Source: Syncephalis fuscata S228 | Lineage: Eukaryota > Fungi > Zoopagomycota | Reading direction: 5' to 3' | DNA: 64,000 nt | NCBI GenBank assembly: GCA_025786725.1 | Contig: JAHLTZ010000040.1 | Coordinates: 62,001 to 126,000, forward strand | Shown: positions 61,225 through 64,000 of the stretch, piece by piece | Layout: every line of letters starts with the position of its first letter | Numbering within the stretch: position 1 is the first letter of the stretch | The notes under the pieces: model-generated | What the model saw: only the letters and a program-made list of their open reading frames with translations | What the model was told of the DNA's origin: nothing | The model's database searches: none | Program-made: the position numbers and the translations under genes

Positions 61225-64000
61225 TTAATTGTATTGTTTGATCATTTCCAATAGTTGTTTGCCATAAGCAACTGGTTCAACGGGTGATGCATCAACGGCA
61301 CTCATACGAACACGTTGTGTATCCTAAATAAGGAATAGTTACAAATTGTTAATATATTATAAAGTGTCAGTTTAATTATCCTACATTATAAGTTTCTTCT
61401 TTAGCTCTGCATCTAAATATATATGGTTTGAAAAGTGCATCTTGAATAGCCGATTTATAAGCCTCATCGTTGGATAACTGATTAATGTTCAGCAGATATT
61501 AGCAATAATTATACTAGTATATTAATTACTTACTCTTATATTTTCAAGTTCATCGGCTGTACGGCCAAATATTTGAATACCCGTCTCGTTAAAGCCTTGA
61601 AGCCAACCTTGTCCACACAGATCACTAACATTGAAACTAAGAATATAGCTATTTATGATTAATTAGTCAACTATTTAATCAACACACATATATATACATA
61701 TGTATATATGTAACTTACCGGTGTTCAGGTGATCCATAAGCACGTTGACATTTTTCGCAGAACCAACTGCCATCACTTTCAGATGTGACTTTTTTATTAC
61801 AGTTTTCACTTGGACAGGCAGTGTAGTAGAGGTTATCGCGTACTTTAGTGATAACACCTTTAATGTTGAAATAATCAGCCTATCAATGATTTATTAGATG
61901 GCCATAGATACATTTTGCTATAATTTCCTTACCTTTTCACCTGTACCAATATTTTCATCTTTAACTTGTTCAAATGTTTTAAAGTTATTGCGACGGGAAC
62001 CACCTGCACCTGCACCACCGCCAATATGACCACCAGTGAAACTGCTAAAGTTAACACTTGCTCCTTGAGCATCATACCTATTGTACATAGTAGAATTGTA
62101 TTAGTAACAATGCTATTATGTTGTATTATAATCCTACCAGCCACGTAGTCGATGTGATTCAGGAATGTCTGGATTAACGGCCATAATAGCCGAACTCAAC
62201 ATTGATAGCGACCGACCTATAGTATATATATATATATATATGAGTTGATATTTCATTTTACTTATTCGATTTACCTTGAAAGTCACCAACACGTACACCT
62301 TTAAATGCAATTACTGGCTGGTTATCACCATTAAACGTTTCAGCTTGATTGCCCCATAGTGTTAATCGAACGGCAAATAGACTTTCATCAACAAGTGTTA
62401 TTTCACGTTTAACCAACTGTTATCGCCATGAATATAATTAGTTATGTATTAGCCATATATCAGCTATGATCTAATCATTACTTACTGGACGTTGTGTAGT
62501 TTTTGAAATAATCTGTGACAATTCTTCTACATCTTTAACCACACCAATGACATCTAAAAACAGTATATAAATATACGATTGTTTGATTTACCTATTAATT
62601 AGCTTACCAACTGAGGCGTCTTTATCAACATTGATCAGATCAGCAATACGGACAAAGTTAAATCGAATAGATGGAACAGCTGAACTATCAGGACACTAAT
62701 ATACTAATAAGTCATTATAATTAAAGATCCACTTCGCTTACTAGTCTAATTTGTGTGCCACTTTCAAAGGTAAGTTCATAGCTATTTTGTACAGTTGAAA
62801 ATTGCTGTTTTGCAATATTGACTCTAGCGTTGGAGACGTAATAAACCTTTTATACAATTAGCTAATTATACAAAGCTTATGTATTGTATTATTAACTACC
62901 TTATTCTCCTCTAACATTGGATAGAATTGATCGACTTGGTCACGGAAAGCAGTGGCCCGGATTTCACCCTATATTATGAATAAGTACAGCGTATTACTGG
63001 TACAGTTGTCGATCTTACTGAGTCATCGAGGAAAGTAACATTGAATAGCTTTCCTTCACCACGAGCATTCTTCCAAGTTCTAATGTCCGACTTGGTTAAT
63101 ACACGAGCTCGAATGGTCCATCTGTGTTTAATAGTATGTATATATATATATATATGAGTCATAGTATATCATTTTTTGTTTAATAAATTACCTATTTTGA
63201 TACGGATTCACACTGCTAATCGGGTGTAGATCTGCTGGTTCACCGGGTCTACTACTATAATATTACGTTAATATATCAATCCATTTACTGGCTTGCATTA
63301 CTAACCCGCTTGATGTATTCGTATTATTTGTATACGATGTTGGATTGTTTGGTCTTGATGCGTTGGTCGTGGCTGTTGCGGTAGGTGCAGCATTATAAGG
63401 TTTTGGTGCTGGCGCAGTAGGTGCATTTGATGGTGCAGATGCAGATGTTGTTCCAGTTGTGGTGGCTGTATTGGGAATAGGCTCAATAGAAGTAGGATTA
63501 CCAATACGATCAGCAATACCAACAACACTGGTAAGCAATACAATAACAATACTATCAAATAGATTAGTTTAATACAACATATATCGCTTTATTTTGTTCT
63601 TACCGACGATTTTGAACAGCATTACAACTATATTTATCAAGACGAATAATAGAGTTCTTTACCAGTTGATCACTGGTAATTATATCGTTTAGTTGCGTAG
63701 AAAGCATAGCTAAATAGATATTGAATAAACAACTACAACTCCTCTCTCTCTATATATATTCTTACCTTGCATGTACAGTGTGCCATCCGAGATAATAAGT
63801 CTATAATATTGTAGTTGTAAACGCAGTTTAGCAATCAATCAGATTCATAGCTATATATATATATATACTAAAACTATTCTTACCGATAGCGATCAGGACT
63901 ATCAGGAGAGTTGGCTGGTAGTTTTTTAACATTGATTACTTGAACCAATGGATCAATCAGTGACGGCTCAATACTGACGTCGTCATAGATTTGGCGAATA
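61225..64000 (-). CDS. RFA1: Replication protein A 70 kDa subunit (5' end outside window)
   Basis: Motifs [47 protein letters not shown], and a Zn-finger containing CEKC. Confidence 0.96.

Overview
Eukaryotic, intron-dense, AT-rich fungal DNA. Short (~45-60 nt) GT-AG introns, compact intergenic spaces and the gene content fit an early-diverging fungus, possibly a Zoopagomycota mycoparasite such as Syncephalis (inference). About 26 protein-coding genes can be reconstructed by hand-splicing: PAK/Ste20 kinase, a degenerate kinesin-like protein, RPS28, a secreted Cys-rich protein, two tandem DJ-1/PfpI genes, phosducin-like protein, EMC3, an OSR1/SPAK-like kinase, NOP7, importin alpha, YTM1, RBM39-like, SAC3, COX10, a UDP-glycosyltransferase, ALG5, eIF4E, RPS4, CAP1, UBC8, kynureninase, LAT1, an F-BAR RhoGAP, Zds1-like and a partial RFA1. 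The strongest novelty is an N-terminal kinesin 'pseudo-motor' that the ORF track does not show: its P-loop and switch I are eroded, and it carries a coiled coil and an AT-hook-like tail. Other observations are a soluble tandem Opy2-like Cys-rich secreted protein, an OSR1-like kinase carrying its own RFxV/I motifs, a TOP/TCT-like motif shared by both ribosomal protein genes, and a dispersed repeat with an inverted copy. About 14 apparent single-base deletions, almost all in short homopolymers, break conserved genes and are most likely assembly errors. Gene models are manual and their boundaries approximate.
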